Shown piece after piece: positions 1 through 10,095 of a stretch of DNA of 64,000 nucleotides. The notes under the pieces were generated by a model. That model searched no databases, was not told the DNA's origin, and saw only the letters and a list, made by a program, of their open reading frames with translations. Positions within the stretch are counted from its first letter, which is position 1. Every line of letters begins with the position of its first letter. The stretch lies in NCBI GenBank assembly GCA_023418915.1, contig JAEZYU010000037.1, forward strand, positions 14,349 through 78,348, given 5' to 3'. A program made the translations under genes and the position numbers. This DNA is from Bacillota bacterium (GTDB taxonomy: Bacteria; Bacillota; Clostridia; Acetivibrionales; DTU013).

Positions 1-1557
1 ATATACCGATATAGCCAGTTTATCGCTGCGGAAGCGTCTAACATTGATCTCCAGCAGGCCGCCGCTCGTCATATTGGTAAACCCATGAAGGATGGAGTTT
101 TCCACAAATGGCTGTATCATCAGCTTGTGGATATAATCATCGAGAACACTTTCATCAGCTCTGATGACGTAGTCGAACTTCTTCCCGCAACGCTCCTTCT
201 GTAGCATCAGATAATGATCAAGCTGTCTGAGCTCGTCACGAACAGTCAAAGGTCTTACCGATTTTTCAAAGGTATACCTCATACAGGATGAAAGTGCCTT
301 TAGAAGCTTCGCAACCTGATGATTTCCTTGTTCGATCGAGGTGCAGCTGATCATATTGATCGTATTTGCAAGGAAATGGGTATTGATCTGGGACTCCATG
401 GCTCGGATCTCCGCCTTCCTTTGCATATCAAGCGCACGCAGCTTCTCGCTGTTTTCCTTTTCGCTGTTTTCTCTTATGTCCTTCAGGCTTGCAGCCATTT
501 TGTTCAGAGCTCTCGAAATCAGTGATAACTCGTCATTTCCATTGATATTTATTTCAACATCCAACCTGCCCCGTTCAACTTCACGGATACCCCTGAGTAA
601 AAGCTTCACAGATTTGTAAGCCTTCTTCAAAATATTTATGGTCACAGCAAGATACACAACCAGAATAAATAAGACGATCAGCATCATAACTACATTGTAA
701 AAAATCACCGTGTACATATTTTCCCTGCGGTCATATATGTTTACGACCTGCACATTATATGAGCCTGTGTCAGCATAACGCACGTCAGTGTATTTATCCT
801 TGTGCTGATCAAAAATATTCCTGCCAATAAGTTCGTCTTCCGAATGGACAATGAAATCGCCATTGTCTAGAATGATCGCACTGTGTGCTGTTTCCGTACT
901 TACTTGATCCTTTGTTACAAGTGCTCTGGCAAGGCTTCTTGTTCGGACCGTCATAATCAAGTAGCCATCAGGGCTGCTGCTATAAAAGTCCCAGAGCTGT
1001 ATTGCAATGTGAAACATGTTGTCGCCGTATGGATCCACCAATCTGTCATCTGCAAAAAACAATACATTTTTGTTCTGTGAGCATTCAGATATAATGTTGT
1101 CCAGCATATCACGACTTTCTTGGTTCCATATTCTTGACGTTAGATTGATGCTTCGGTTATATCCAAATATTTCTCCGTTTACTGAAACAAGATTCACCGA
1201 GATCACATCAGAATCCATGATCATATACTGCTTAATAAGCTCTGCAGCCTTTCGGTTGACAAGCTCCATCGGCTCTCCCTCTTCGCTTTCTTTTATAAGC
1301 TTTCTGAGCTGTGTATCGACTGCAAGAGAGAAAAACACATGATAATATCCTTTCATTAAAATCGATACGGAGCTTACCTGTGCGGTCAGTGTCTGCTTCT
1401 GCATGCTTTGCGTTACATTGGCAAGGTAGGAGGAGTTGAATTTTATCGTAACAACTCCAAACACAAGTCCGATAATAACGGCAACAGTTACAAGCGGTAT
1501 CAGCAGCTTTAGTATCAAGCTGGAGGAGACGCGATTGTACAGACCTTTCCACAACAT
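1..1557 (-). CDS. Sensor histidine kinase, YesM-like; partial, because the C-terminus runs off the window edge
   Basis: It is absent from the ORF track because no stop codon lies in the window. Manual minus-strand translation from the ATG at 1557 gives MLWKGLYNRVSSSLILKLLIPLVTVAVIIGLVFG (N-terminal TM). Near position 1 it gives RDELRQLDHYLMLQKERCGKKFDYVIRADESVLDDYIHKLMIQPFVENSILHGFTNMTSGGLLEINV, an N-box/HATPase region like the two other kinases here. The frame is open over all 519 codons. Confidence 0.8.
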   Translation of the reverse strand, partial: MLWKGLYNRVSSSLILKLLIPLVTVAVIIGLVFGVVTIKFNSSYLANVTQSMQKQTLTAQVSSVSILMKGYYHVFFSLAVDTQLRKLIKESEEGEPMELVNRKAAELIKQYMIMDSDVISVNLVSVNGEIFGYNRSINLTSRIWNQESRDMLDNIISECSQNKNVLFFADDRLVDPYGDNMFHIAIQLWDFYSSSPDGYLIMTVRTRSLARALVTKDQVSTETAHSAIILDNGDFIVHSEDELIGRNIFDQHKDKYTDVRYADTGSYNVQVVNIYDRRENMYTVIFYNVVMMLIVLFILVVYLAVTINILKKAYKSVKLLLRGIREVERGRLDVEININGNDELSLISRALNKMAASLKDIRENSEKENSEKLRALDMQRKAEIRAMESQINTHFLANTINMISCTSIEQGNHQVAKLLKALSSCMRYTFEKSVRPLTVRDELRQLDHYLMLQKERCGKKFDYVIRADESVLDDYIHKLMIQPFVENSILHGFTNMTSGGLLEINVRRFRSDKLAISVY

Positions 1558-1597
1558 AGAATACGTCCTTTCTTATTCAAATCGATCCTGGCTGCGG

Positions 1598-2473
1598 TTA
1601 CTCCTTCACCGCTCCAGCTGCCAGGCCGCCAACAATGTATTTCTGAAGGAATATGAACATCAGTACCACAGGTGTGACCAAAATCATACCATAGGCCATG
1701 ATGTAATTCCATTTCGTCCCATATTTGTCCATGTATCTGTATATATTGGCCGTCAGAGGTCTCATCGCATCATTTACATTGAATGTCATCGAGTAGATCA
1801 GGTCATTCCACCCATGCAAAAAGCTTATTACGATGATGGTAATCAATCCGGTGCGGATCACCGGCATCATAATTCTGATGAAGGAACCAAATGCATTGCA
1901 GCCATCAATTCTTGCCGCATCGTCAAGTGATTTCGGCAGCCTGGAAAAGTATGGCCGAAGTGTAATTACAATAAACGGAACAGACCCTGATGCAATAGCC
2001 AATGCCGGAGCAAAATATGAATTCAGCAGACCTACTCTTGAAAAATTCAAATAAAGTGGTGTCAGAAGAAGTGAGGCCGGCATCATCTGTGTTACCAGAA
2101 AAACCAGCAGTATCACCGCCTTGCCCGGAATATCAAAGCGTGCGAGTCCATAGGCTGCGCTTACACCGAGCACAAATGAAATGCACATTGAAAATGTTGC
2201 AATCAGCATGCTGTTCTTCAATGAAGCTAGAAAGTCACGGCTTCCAAGCTGCTCCGCCCACGGTTTGGTGGTAAATGTATTGGGGTAAAAGGTGAGCCCC
2301 GAAAAGATTTCAAGATCAGGCTTGAATGAATTAATTGCAAGCCAGTAAAGCGGAAATAAAAACATAAGTCCTATCGTAATTCCGCAAACGGACAGGATTA
2401 TCTTTTTTCTTCTGGCAGCAGCAGAACTATACGACTTGAAAAAGCTTTTTCGTTTCGATGTATCCGTCGCCAT
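1598..2473 (-). CDS. Carbohydrate ABC transporter permease (MalG/CUT1-type)
   Basis: The 291 aa ORF is multi-TM and carries the EAA-loop-like motif DDAARIDGCNAFGSFIRIMMP. It sits next to a second permease and a binding protein. Confidence 0.9.
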   Translation of the reverse strand: MATDTSKRKSFFKSYSSAAARRKKIILSVCGITIGLMFLFPLYWLAINSFKPDLEIFSGLTFYPNTFTTKPWAEQLGSRDFLASLKNSMLIATFSMCISFVLGVSAAYGLARFDIPGKAVILLVFLVTQMMPASLLLTPLYLNFSRVGLLNSYFAPALAIASGSVPFIVITLRPYFSRLPKSLDDAARIDGCNAFGSFIRIMMPVIRTGLITIIVISFLHGWNDLIYSMTFNVNDAMRPLTANIYRYMDKYGTKWNYIMAYGMILVTPVVLMFIFLQKYIVGGLAAGAVKE

Positions 2474-2535
2474 ATTGCACCCTCCTTTAAACGTTTGGCC
2501 TTACTCATGCTTTATACATTTGCCAGGTATTTCTG

Positions 2536-3450
2536 CTAATAGGACTCTTCTTTTCTAACAAGCCACAGATAAACAAGTCCTACGACCATCAGACACAAAA
2601 ACAGAACAACTGCGCCTGCAGCTCCCATTGAAAAATTGTACTCATTAAAAGCCAGCTTGTAAGAATACGTCGAAAGCACCTGTGTCGCATTAAGGGGTCC
2701 GCCCTTCGTCATAACAAATACCAGGTCGAACACCTTGAATGTATAGATAAAGCCAAGCATCAGCACAGCCAGTATTGCAGGCTTCAAAAGCGGCAGCGTG
2801 ATATAGCGGAACCTTTTGAACCCGTTTGCCCCATCTATGGTAGCAGATTCATAAATATCCCCGGGTATCCCGGTCAGTCCGGCTGTCAAAAGCAGCATAT
2901 TGAACGGGATGCCAACCCAGCAGTTAGCTATGATTACTGCCCAAAGTGCTTCCTTTTGTCCTATGAGCCATCCTATCGGGCTGCCCGGATCCATCAACCC
3001 AAGTGTAGTAAGTAAGAAATTGATAACACCCTCATTGGTCCCTGTAGCAAACATATTTTTGAATACAAGGGCAGTGACCGACATGGGCATCATATAGCTC
3101 ACAACTATAGTGCCGCGAATAATTCCGGAAAGCGGGAACTTTTTGCTGAAAAACAAAGCCATCATAAAGCCTATTACAAACTGAAAAACAAGGCACCATA
3201 TTGTAAACCTAAATGTCTGTCCCATAGCCTGTAAAAATATCGAATCGGAAAACAGCGCCCTGTAATTTTCAAAACCCACATATACTGAAGAATTCCCCTT
3301 AAAGGTCATCACGTTTAGATTCTTAAAAGACATATTAAAGTTATATATCAGCGGGTAACCGATCAGTATCAGCATATATAGCAGAGCGGGCAGAACAAAC
3401 AGATAACCGTTCCGCATTTCACGGGCATTGCTGCTCAGGAGTTTTCTCAT
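2536..3450 (-). CDS. Carbohydrate ABC transporter permease (MalF/UgpA-type)
   Basis: The 304 aa ORF is multi-TM and carries the motif ESATIDGANGFKRFRYITLPLL. It is in an operon with 1598-2473 and 3534-4826. Confidence 0.9.
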   Translation of the reverse strand: MRKLLSSNAREMRNGYLFVLPALLYMLILIGYPLIYNFNMSFKNLNVMTFKGNSSVYVGFENYRALFSDSIFLQAMGQTFRFTIWCLVFQFVIGFMMALFFSKKFPLSGIIRGTIVVSYMMPMSVTALVFKNMFATGTNEGVINFLLTTLGLMDPGSPIGWLIGQKEALWAVIIANCWVGIPFNMLLLTAGLTGIPGDIYESATIDGANGFKRFRYITLPLLKPAILAVLMLGFIYTFKVFDLVFVMTKGGPLNATQVLSTYSYKLAFNEYNFSMGAAGAVVLFLCLMVVGLVYLWLVRKEESY

Positions 3451-3533
3451 ATATAAGCTCCTCTCTTTTGTAAAACCGGGATGGGTCCAAAGGCCATCCC
3501 GGCTTTACATTGAACAGTTTCAGATTTTGTATG

Positions 3534-4826
3534 TTATTTCAATATTTCGTCAACCTTAACTGCTGCATCCTTCATTGCCTGTTCAGGTCCTTTTGCACCT
3601 GTGAACGATTCGTGCAAGGCTGTTGACATGGCATCGGAAATCTCCGGCCAGCGTGGATGCGGTCCGCGAGGCATGGCATACTGCATGCCCTGTGCAAACA
3701 CACTGAATATTGGATCATTCGTCCATACTTCCTTCAGTTCCATAGCATCCGCCCTCGGTGGGAACTTACCTGCAGTTTCACAGTAATCTGCAGCATTCTG
3801 AGCGCTAAGGATAAACGACAATACATCGAAGCCTTCTTCCTTGGGTGCTCCGGTGCAGACACCGAAGTTTTCGCCTCCAAGCACTGATGCATGCTTCTGA
3901 TCTTTCGGAACAAGCGCTACACCAAAATCAAGATCCGGTGCATCCCTCTGGATATTTGCTATATTCCAGGGGCCATTTATCTGCATTGCTGCCTTGCCCC
4001 CGATGAACTGAGAGTTGGTATCAGCCTGTGTCCAGTTGATAACATCCTTTGACATATATCCGTTGTTGATAAGGTCTGTAAGGTATGAAAGCGCATTGAT
4101 ACACTGCTGTGAGGACAAGTCTTCGATTGCTCCGCCTGCGGAAATAAACCACGGCATAAACTGGAAGGTACCCTCTTCATTTTTTACTGCAGAAATGGCA
4201 AGACCATATGTGTCACCCTTGGTCAGCTTTCCAGCTGCCGCCATCAACTCATCCCAGGTCTCAGGCACTTTATTCACACCGGCTTCCGCTAAAAGCTGCT
4301 TGTTATAGATCAGCGCAAGACAGTTGGAGTTGTGAGGCAATCCATAAATCTTTCCATCAAGTGTCGCACTTTTAAGCGGCCCTTCAAAGAACTTATCCTT
4401 CTGCCCCCAGGAATCTACAAGGTCAGTAATATCCTGAAAAACACCCATTGTAATAAAGGAAGCATGATCCGGGTTGTCGACCATTCCGATATCAGGCAGT
4501 TCGCCCGATACAGCACCCATCGTATACTGCTTCATCAAATCGTCACGTGCAACAAACGTTGCAACTACATCGACATTTTTTGTATTCTGGGTATTGTAGG
4601 TTTCAATAATATTACCGAATACTTCACCCTCATTCTCACTAAAATAGTGCCAGAGGTCAAGCGATACCTTCTCAGCTCCAGATCCGCCCGTCTTATCTGA
4701 TGCAGGCTGGTCTGACGGCTGTTGCGATGGTGTGTTTGAGTTCGCTCCTGTTCCCGAGCATCCGGCAAGCATCGAAATGATGAGCAGGGCACATAAAGCT
4801 GTTAAGATAGCATTTCTCTTTTTCAT
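3534..4826 (-). CDS. ABC transporter extracellular sugar-binding lipoprotein
   Basis: The 430 aa ORF has a signal peptide with lipobox LAGCSG followed by an S/T/P/Q-rich linker. Its size and position are typical of a CUT1 solute-binding protein. Confidence 0.9.
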   Translation of the reverse strand: MKKRNAILTALCALLIISMLAGCSGTGANSNTPSQQPSDQPASDKTGGSGAEKVSLDLWHYFSENEGEVFGNIIETYNTQNTKNVDVVATFVARDDLMKQYTMGAVSGELPDIGMVDNPDHASFITMGVFQDITDLVDSWGQKDKFFEGPLKSATLDGKIYGLPHNSNCLALIYNKQLLAEAGVNKVPETWDELMAAAGKLTKGDTYGLAISAVKNEEGTFQFMPWFISAGGAIEDLSSQQCINALSYLTDLINNGYMSKDVINWTQADTNSQFIGGKAAMQINGPWNIANIQRDAPDLDFGVALVPKDQKHASVLGGENFGVCTGAPKEEGFDVLSFILSAQNAADYCETAGKFPPRADAMELKEVWTNDPIFSVFAQGMQYAMPRGPHPRWPEISDAMSTALHESFTGAKGPEQAMKDAAVKVDEILK

Positions 4827-4976
4827 CGAATCCCTCCCAATAATGATAAGATTTATTTATGTCTCAATTATACCTGCCGTGGAATATGTAGAAAACTTAC
4901 TCACTTTTGATGGGTGGAGATTCTTATAAGAACTTTTTATAATAGGTGGACTATTTTACACTCATAATAATCTAAT

Positions 4977-5717
4977 TTATGATGACCTCATATAATCGCT
5001 TGGTGAAAGACCTGTTATTTCCTTGAATACCCTGCAGAAGTATTTGGTGTCGGTATAGCCGGTTATCCTTGCTACATCCTGTATTTTCATCTGTTGTTCC
5101 CTGAGCAGGCTTGCTGCGACATCTATCCTGTATTTCTTCAGATATGTCGAAAAATTCACACCAACATCCCTGTGAAAAAGGTAGCTGAAATATCCCGGAG
5201 TGATACGGAGCCGGCCAGAAAGCTCTTCCTGTGTCAGCTTGGCCGCATACTCCTTCTCTATAATGCTCAGCGCCTTCTGTACACATGGATGGATATTTCC
5301 CACAGGTTTTACCGGCTGAAGCACCGGCTTTTTATTAGCCATAGTCTGTTCTGCCTTTTTCAGTGCCTGCTCCACATCCTCAAATATAATAGGCTTGAGT
5401 ATATATTCCGTGACACCGTATGAAATAGCTTCACGTGCAAATTCAAAGTTTTCATATGCACTGATAATAACAAAGGTTGTATCCAACCCCTCTTCCCGGG
5501 TCATCTTAATCATTTCTAGTCCATCCAGCAGAGGCATCTTTATATCAGTGAACACCAGATCAGGCTTCAGCTTACGGATCAGTTCGAACCCTCTGCGGCC
5601 GTCAGCAGCCTGAGCAATGACTTCATAGTCACCTTCGATTACCTGGATCAGCGAAAGTATCCCTCTGCGGGCACGGTCTTCGTCCTCTATTACAACAATA
5701 CGCAACAGGCTGTCCAC
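4977..5717 (-). CDS. Response regulator with AraC-type HTH output (YesN-like)
   Basis: The receiver domain begins LLRIVVIEDEDRARRG...DLVFTDIKMPLLDGLE. The C-terminus carries an AraC HTH (LSGRLRITPGYFSYLFHRD...ITGYTDTKYFCRVFKE). The 5825 start in the ORF track adds an implausible 36 aa leader. I place the start at GTG 5717 behind AGGGGG; TTG 5705 is an alternative. Confidence 0.85.
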   Translation of the reverse strand: MDSLLRIVVIEDEDRARRGILSLIQVIEGDYEVIAQAADGRRGFELIRKLKPDLVFTDIKMPLLDGLEMIKMTREEGLDTTFVIISAYENFEFAREAISYGVTEYILKPIIFEDVEQALKKAEQTMANKKPVLQPVKPVGNIHPCVQKALSIIEKEYAAKLTQEELSGRLRITPGYFSYLFHRDVGVNFSTYLKKYRIDVAASLLREQQMKIQDVARITGYTDTKYFCRVFKEITGLSPSDYMRSS

Positions 5718-5863
5718 CCCCTGTAACCTCTCATAAAATAATAATACTATATAGTAATTGAGAAATCCAGTTTGTACTAAAGGCAAATAAAACCTCTGAG
5801 GGATCCTGTGGAAACCGTCTGCCATATTTTATCGTTCAGATTCTGCTATATCTGCATCAAGCT

Positions 5864-8464
5864 TCATGAACCCTTATAAGCGTTAATATAGATATCCTTT
5901 AGTTCCGACACCAGCGGCATTCTCGGATTTGCCGGTGTACATTGGTCCTCGAAAGCCTTGTCTGCAAGCTCATCCAGGGAGCTCATAAACTTCTCCTCAG
6001 ATATTCCGCATTCCCTTATGGATAGTGGCATTTGAAGCTTTTTCATCAGTTCTGTTATCGCAGAAATCAGACTGCTGATGCCTTCCTCTGCGGTGCCGCA
6101 GCGGAGCCCGAGATATTTTGCTATTTCCGCATATTTTTCATCAGCAATATAGTGTTCATATTTGGGGAACGCAGTGAACTTAGATGGCCTTGAGCCATTG
6201 TATCTTATCACATAAGGTAGCAAAACAGCATTAGCCCGCCCATGAGGTATATGAAATTCACCGCCCAGTTTATGCGCCATACTGTGATTAATGCCCAAAA
6301 ATGCATTTGTAAAAGCCATTCCTGCTATGCATGAAGCGTTATGCATTTTTTCAAATGCCTTTTTATCATTATCATTTATATATACCTTCGGTAAAAAATC
6401 AAACACTAGCTGAATAGCTTTCATAGCAAGTCCATCAGTGTAATCCGATGCCATAACTGATACATATGCTTCGATTGCATGAGTCAATACATCCATTCCT
6501 GTATCAGCTCGCACTTGGGGCGGCACCGACTGGACAAATTCCGGATCAACAATAGCCACATCGGGTGTCAGTTCATAGTCTGCCAATGGGTATTTAGTCT
6601 CCCCTGTCGGGTCGGTTATCACAGAAAATGATGTGACCTCCGAGCCCGTACCCGAGGTTGTCGGGATCGCCACCAGCTTTGCCTTTTTGCCAAGCGGAGG
6701 GTATTTAAAAACTCTCTTGCGGATATCCATAAACTTCATTCGAAGATCGCTGAAATCAGTTTCAGGGTGCTCGTAAAATAACCATATGGCTTTAGCCGCA
6801 TCAATCGCCGATCCACCTCCAAGAGCAATAATAACATCAGGTCTGAAGGCTTCCGCCGCAGCCACGCCTTCTCTTATCGTATCAACGGTAGGATCCGGCC
6901 GTACTCTGTCAAATATTTCTGAATGTACATAGTTTATGCCGTCTCTTTTTCGCAGATGATACAGAACCTTCTCAACATAACCCAATTTGAGCATCATCTC
7001 ATCTGTGACAATAAACGCCCTCGATATTTTTGGCATTTGGGACAGGTATTGCACAGAACCGGGCTGGAAATATATCTTCTCTGGTATCTTGAACCACTGC
7101 ATGTTGTACCTTCTCCTTGCCACACGTTTTTTATTTATTAGATTTACCGCAGTGACATTGGCTGTCGTACTGTTTCTGCCAAAAGAACCACATCCTAATG
7201 TCAGTGAGGGCATATTAGTATTATACAGATCCCCTATAGCACCATGACTCGAGGGCTGGTTTACAATAATCCTTCCGGTGTTTACCCTTTCGGCAAACTC
7301 ATTGATTACAGCTTCATCGTTGGAATGGACTACCGCAGAATGTCCCGAACCTCCAAAATTGACCATTTCTACAGCCCTTTGGATACCCTCGGCGGAATTA
7401 TTGACTTTAAAGCATGCCAATATGGGGCTCAGTTTTTCTCTGGACAGCGGAAACTCCGGACCTACCCCATCAATCTCTGCAACCAATATTTTTGTACCCT
7501 CCGGAGCCATGATCGACGCCATTTGTGATATAGCATCTGCAGATTGTCCTACGATCTGAGGGTTCATAGATTGTTTCTTTTCGTCGATTGCTAGACCTTC
7601 AAGCCTTCTTCTTTCTTCTTCATTCACAAAATAACAGCCTAATTTCTTCATGTATTCAGTTACCTGTCCATAGACATCCTCATCTATGATAACTGCCTGC
7701 TCCGATGCACAGATCATTCCATTATCAAAGGTCTTTGACAGGATCAGATCAGTAACGGCCCTCTTTATATCCGCTGTTTTTTCTATATAACACGGCACGT
7801 TGCCGGGGCCGACCCCCAACGCAGGCTTTCCTGCGCTATATGCTGCCTTGACCATGGAAGAGCCGCCTGTAGCAAGTATCAGTGAGATCCCATCATTCTT
7901 CATCAAAACCTGAGTAGCTTCCAAAGAAGGATTCTCTATCCACTGAATACAGTGTTCAGGCGCTCCCGCCTTAACAGCCGCATCTCGAACGATTCTGGCG
8001 GATTCTGCACTGCATTTCTGTGAGCTGGGGTGAAATGCGAATATTATCGGATTTCTTGTCTTTATCGCAATTATACATTTGAACAGGGTAGTAGAGGTGG
8101 GATTAGTGACAGGCGTAATGCCGGCAATGATACCAACCGGCTCTGCTATTTCAAAATAATCCTCTTCTTCATTCTCATCAATAATACCGACGGTTTTTTC
8201 ATACTTGATGCTATGATAGATATATTCCGTCGCAAATAAATTCTTTACGATTTTATCTTCGTAAACCCCTCTTTGGGTTTCATCGATAGCCATTTTTGCC
8301 AATCTCATATGATCGGCCAATCCTGCAAGAGCCATCTCCTTAACGATATGATCAACACTTTTCTGGTCAAGCTTAACCATTTCCTTCAGAGCCAGCTTTG
8401 CATTCACCACCATACCTTCTACTGCATCAGATACCTTACTGCCGTTGTTTTTGTGATCGATCAT
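5864..8464 (-). CDS. adhE: Bifunctional acetaldehyde-CoA / alcohol dehydrogenase
   Basis: The 866 aa ORF has an N-terminal aldehyde dehydrogenase domain (ILATGGSSMVKAAYSAGKPALGVGPGN, catalytic-Cys region DNGMICASEQ). It also has a C-terminal iron-type ADH domain (IIALGGGSAIDAAKAIW, GINHSMAHKLGGEFHIPHGRANA). Confidence 0.95.
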   Translation of the reverse strand: MIDHKNNGSKVSDAVEGMVVNAKLALKEMVKLDQKSVDHIVKEMALAGLADHMRLAKMAIDETQRGVYEDKIVKNLFATEYIYHSIKYEKTVGIIDENEEEDYFEIAEPVGIIAGITPVTNPTSTTLFKCIIAIKTRNPIIFAFHPSSQKCSAESARIVRDAAVKAGAPEHCIQWIENPSLEATQVLMKNDGISLILATGGSSMVKAAYSAGKPALGVGPGNVPCYIEKTADIKRAVTDLILSKTFDNGMICASEQAVIIDEDVYGQVTEYMKKLGCYFVNEEERRRLEGLAIDEKKQSMNPQIVGQSADAISQMASIMAPEGTKILVAEIDGVGPEFPLSREKLSPILACFKVNNSAEGIQRAVEMVNFGGSGHSAVVHSNDEAVINEFAERVNTGRIIVNQPSSHGAIGDLYNTNMPSLTLGCGSFGRNSTTANVTAVNLINKKRVARRRYNMQWFKIPEKIYFQPGSVQYLSQMPKISRAFIVTDEMMLKLGYVEKVLYHLRKRDGINYVHSEIFDRVRPDPTVDTIREGVAAAEAFRPDVIIALGGGSAIDAAKAIWLFYEHPETDFSDLRMKFMDIRKRVFKYPPLGKKAKLVAIPTTSGTGSEVTSFSVITDPTGETKYPLADYELTPDVAIVDPEFVQSVPPQVRADTGMDVLTHAIEAYVSVMASDYTDGLAMKAIQLVFDFLPKVYINDNDKKAFEKMHNASCIAGMAFTNAFLGINHSMAHKLGGEFHIPHGRANAVLLPYVIRYNGSRPSKFTAFPKYEHYIADEKYAEIAKYLGLRCGTAEEGISSLISAITELMKKLQMPLSIRECGISEEKFMSSLDELADKAFEDQCTPANPRMPLVSELKDIYINAYKGS

Positions 8465-8812
8465 AAGCTCCTCCTGTCCCGCACTAATTGTTTGCCGTTA
8501 CAGCACCTCTTCGAGGTTTGCCGCATTCTTACCGTCTCTAATATAGTTTGCTGTTTTAGGATTTTTATTTAATTTATAGCTGCTAATGACGAATAACCAT
8601 ATCGTTACGTTTTACTCCTCTTTTTCGGCAGCCGCAGGTAGGACTGTCACAGTCAATGCTCTTCTATCCTCACTGTCGTGAATCCTTTATTGATATCTCT
8701 GCAACCTCGGGGTTATCTGAAATGTAAGCTATATCAGGTTTTGAGACAAGGTTTGTGTTTATCTAAGCTGTTGTTAAAGATTTGAATAACCCGTCGCTGA
8801 GAATTTACCGTG

Positions 8813-9784
8813 TCATGCTCTCTTCAGTACTTCTTCGACTTCCTTGTAATCGGGTATCGATGGTATTGCCCCTTTTTTCTCAGTACTCATGGCGGCGGCA
8901 ATATTTGCGGTTAGCATTATCTCCGAAAGCTCTTCCTCTGCCAGCTCTGCTACGGCCGCCTTTTCTCCGCATCCGCGCCTCAATAGCTCATATATCACCG
9001 TTCCCCAGAATGTATCACCCGCTCCTGTCGTATCAATTGTATCCGCCGGGAACTGAGGAAACGCTCCTGTATGCTTGTTAGCGGCATATACGCAGCCTTC
9101 CGGCCCCAAAGTCACAGCAGCAAGCGAAAGCCCATACGAAAGGATGGACTTCAAGCAGTCCTCCGGTTTTTTTTCACCTGTTATCATCTGTGCCTCCTCA
9201 AGAGACAGCTTTGCTATATCCGCATATGAAAGTCCTTTATTCATAGCCCGGATCGCAGATGCTTCGTCCTTCCATAGCAGCGGCCTGTAGTTCGGGTCGA
9301 AGGAAATGACCCTGCCGAAGCCTTTTGCAGTTTCCAGCGCCTTCATTGTAGCCGAATGCGCCGGCTCGTGAGTCATCGACAGCGTTCCGAAGTGAAAGAC
9401 CCTGCACTGCCTGATCAGTTCGATATCTACCTCTTCAGCCAAAAGACATGTGTCAGCCCCTATATTCCTGCAAAAGCTGAAGCTTCTGTCTCCATTTTCA
9501 TCAATAGAAACAAAAGCAAGCGTAGTATTGTGTTCAGGATCGGCTACAAGATTGCGGCAGTCGATCGACAGGCGTTTAAGTGTGTCCCTCAGAAACTCCC
9601 CGAACATATCAGATCCTACCTTGCCAATAAATGCGCATCTGCCTCCGTATTTGGATACTACAGCCAATACATTTGCCGGTGCTCCGCCGGGATTTTGCTC
9701 AAAACAGCTGTGTCCCGATCCGCCCAGCTTTGCCGGAGTAAAGTCAATAAGGAGTTCTCCCAGCGCAACAACATCAAACATCAT
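8813..9784 (-). CDS. PfkB-family carbohydrate kinase (fructokinase-like)
   Basis: The N-terminal motif is MFDVVALGELLIDF and the C-terminal PfkB signature is DTTGAGDTFWG. The start is placed at the ATG at 9784, 5-6 nt after GGAAAGGCGGG; the track start at 9811 adds 9 aa. Confidence 0.85.
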   Translation of the reverse strand: MMFDVVALGELLIDFTPAKLGGSGHSCFEQNPGGAPANVLAVVSKYGGRCAFIGKVGSDMFGEFLRDTLKRLSIDCRNLVADPEHNTTLAFVSIDENGDRSFSFCRNIGADTCLLAEEVDIELIRQCRVFHFGTLSMTHEPAHSATMKALETAKGFGRVISFDPNYRPLLWKDEASAIRAMNKGLSYADIAKLSLEEAQMITGEKKPEDCLKSILSYGLSLAAVTLGPEGCVYAANKHTGAFPQFPADTIDTTGAGDTFWGTVIYELLRRGCGEKAAVAELAEEELSEIMLTANIAAAMSTEKKGAIPSIPDYKEVEEVLKRA

Positions 9785-10095
9785 ACAACCCGCCTTTCCT
9801 GTGGTTAACATGCGCCATTATTTATTCATCCTCTTCAATTCCATTGGGGAAAAATACAGTTTTAAAGCCGCTGTTTCCACTAAAAATATTATTCCACTTA
9901 AGTATTTTACCGCAATATCGTACTCCTTAGAAGCCGTCAGAAGTATTTCGGCCATAACTCCCTGCCAAAACACAAAAATTGATCAAAAGTGTACAGTATT
10001 TTGAATAGAATCAGCAGCTGTGATTTACTATAATTATGGCAGATTGAGCTGTTAATATATGAAGCATCAAAATAATAGTCAAAGGAGAAAATGAT

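Noticed and set aside
1232-1552. A 106 aa minus-strand ORF in the track at the left edge.
   Set aside because: It is out of frame with, and entirely inside, the 519-codon open frame that encodes recognisable histidine-kinase motifs. The kinase is missing from the track only because its stop lies outside the window.
8771-8790. A Rex-like operator half-site (TTGTTAA) about 310 nt upstream of adhE.
   Set aside because: Only one half matches the TTGTTAAnnnnTTAACAA-type consensus I remember, and the second half (TTGAATA) is degenerate. This is not enough to call a site.
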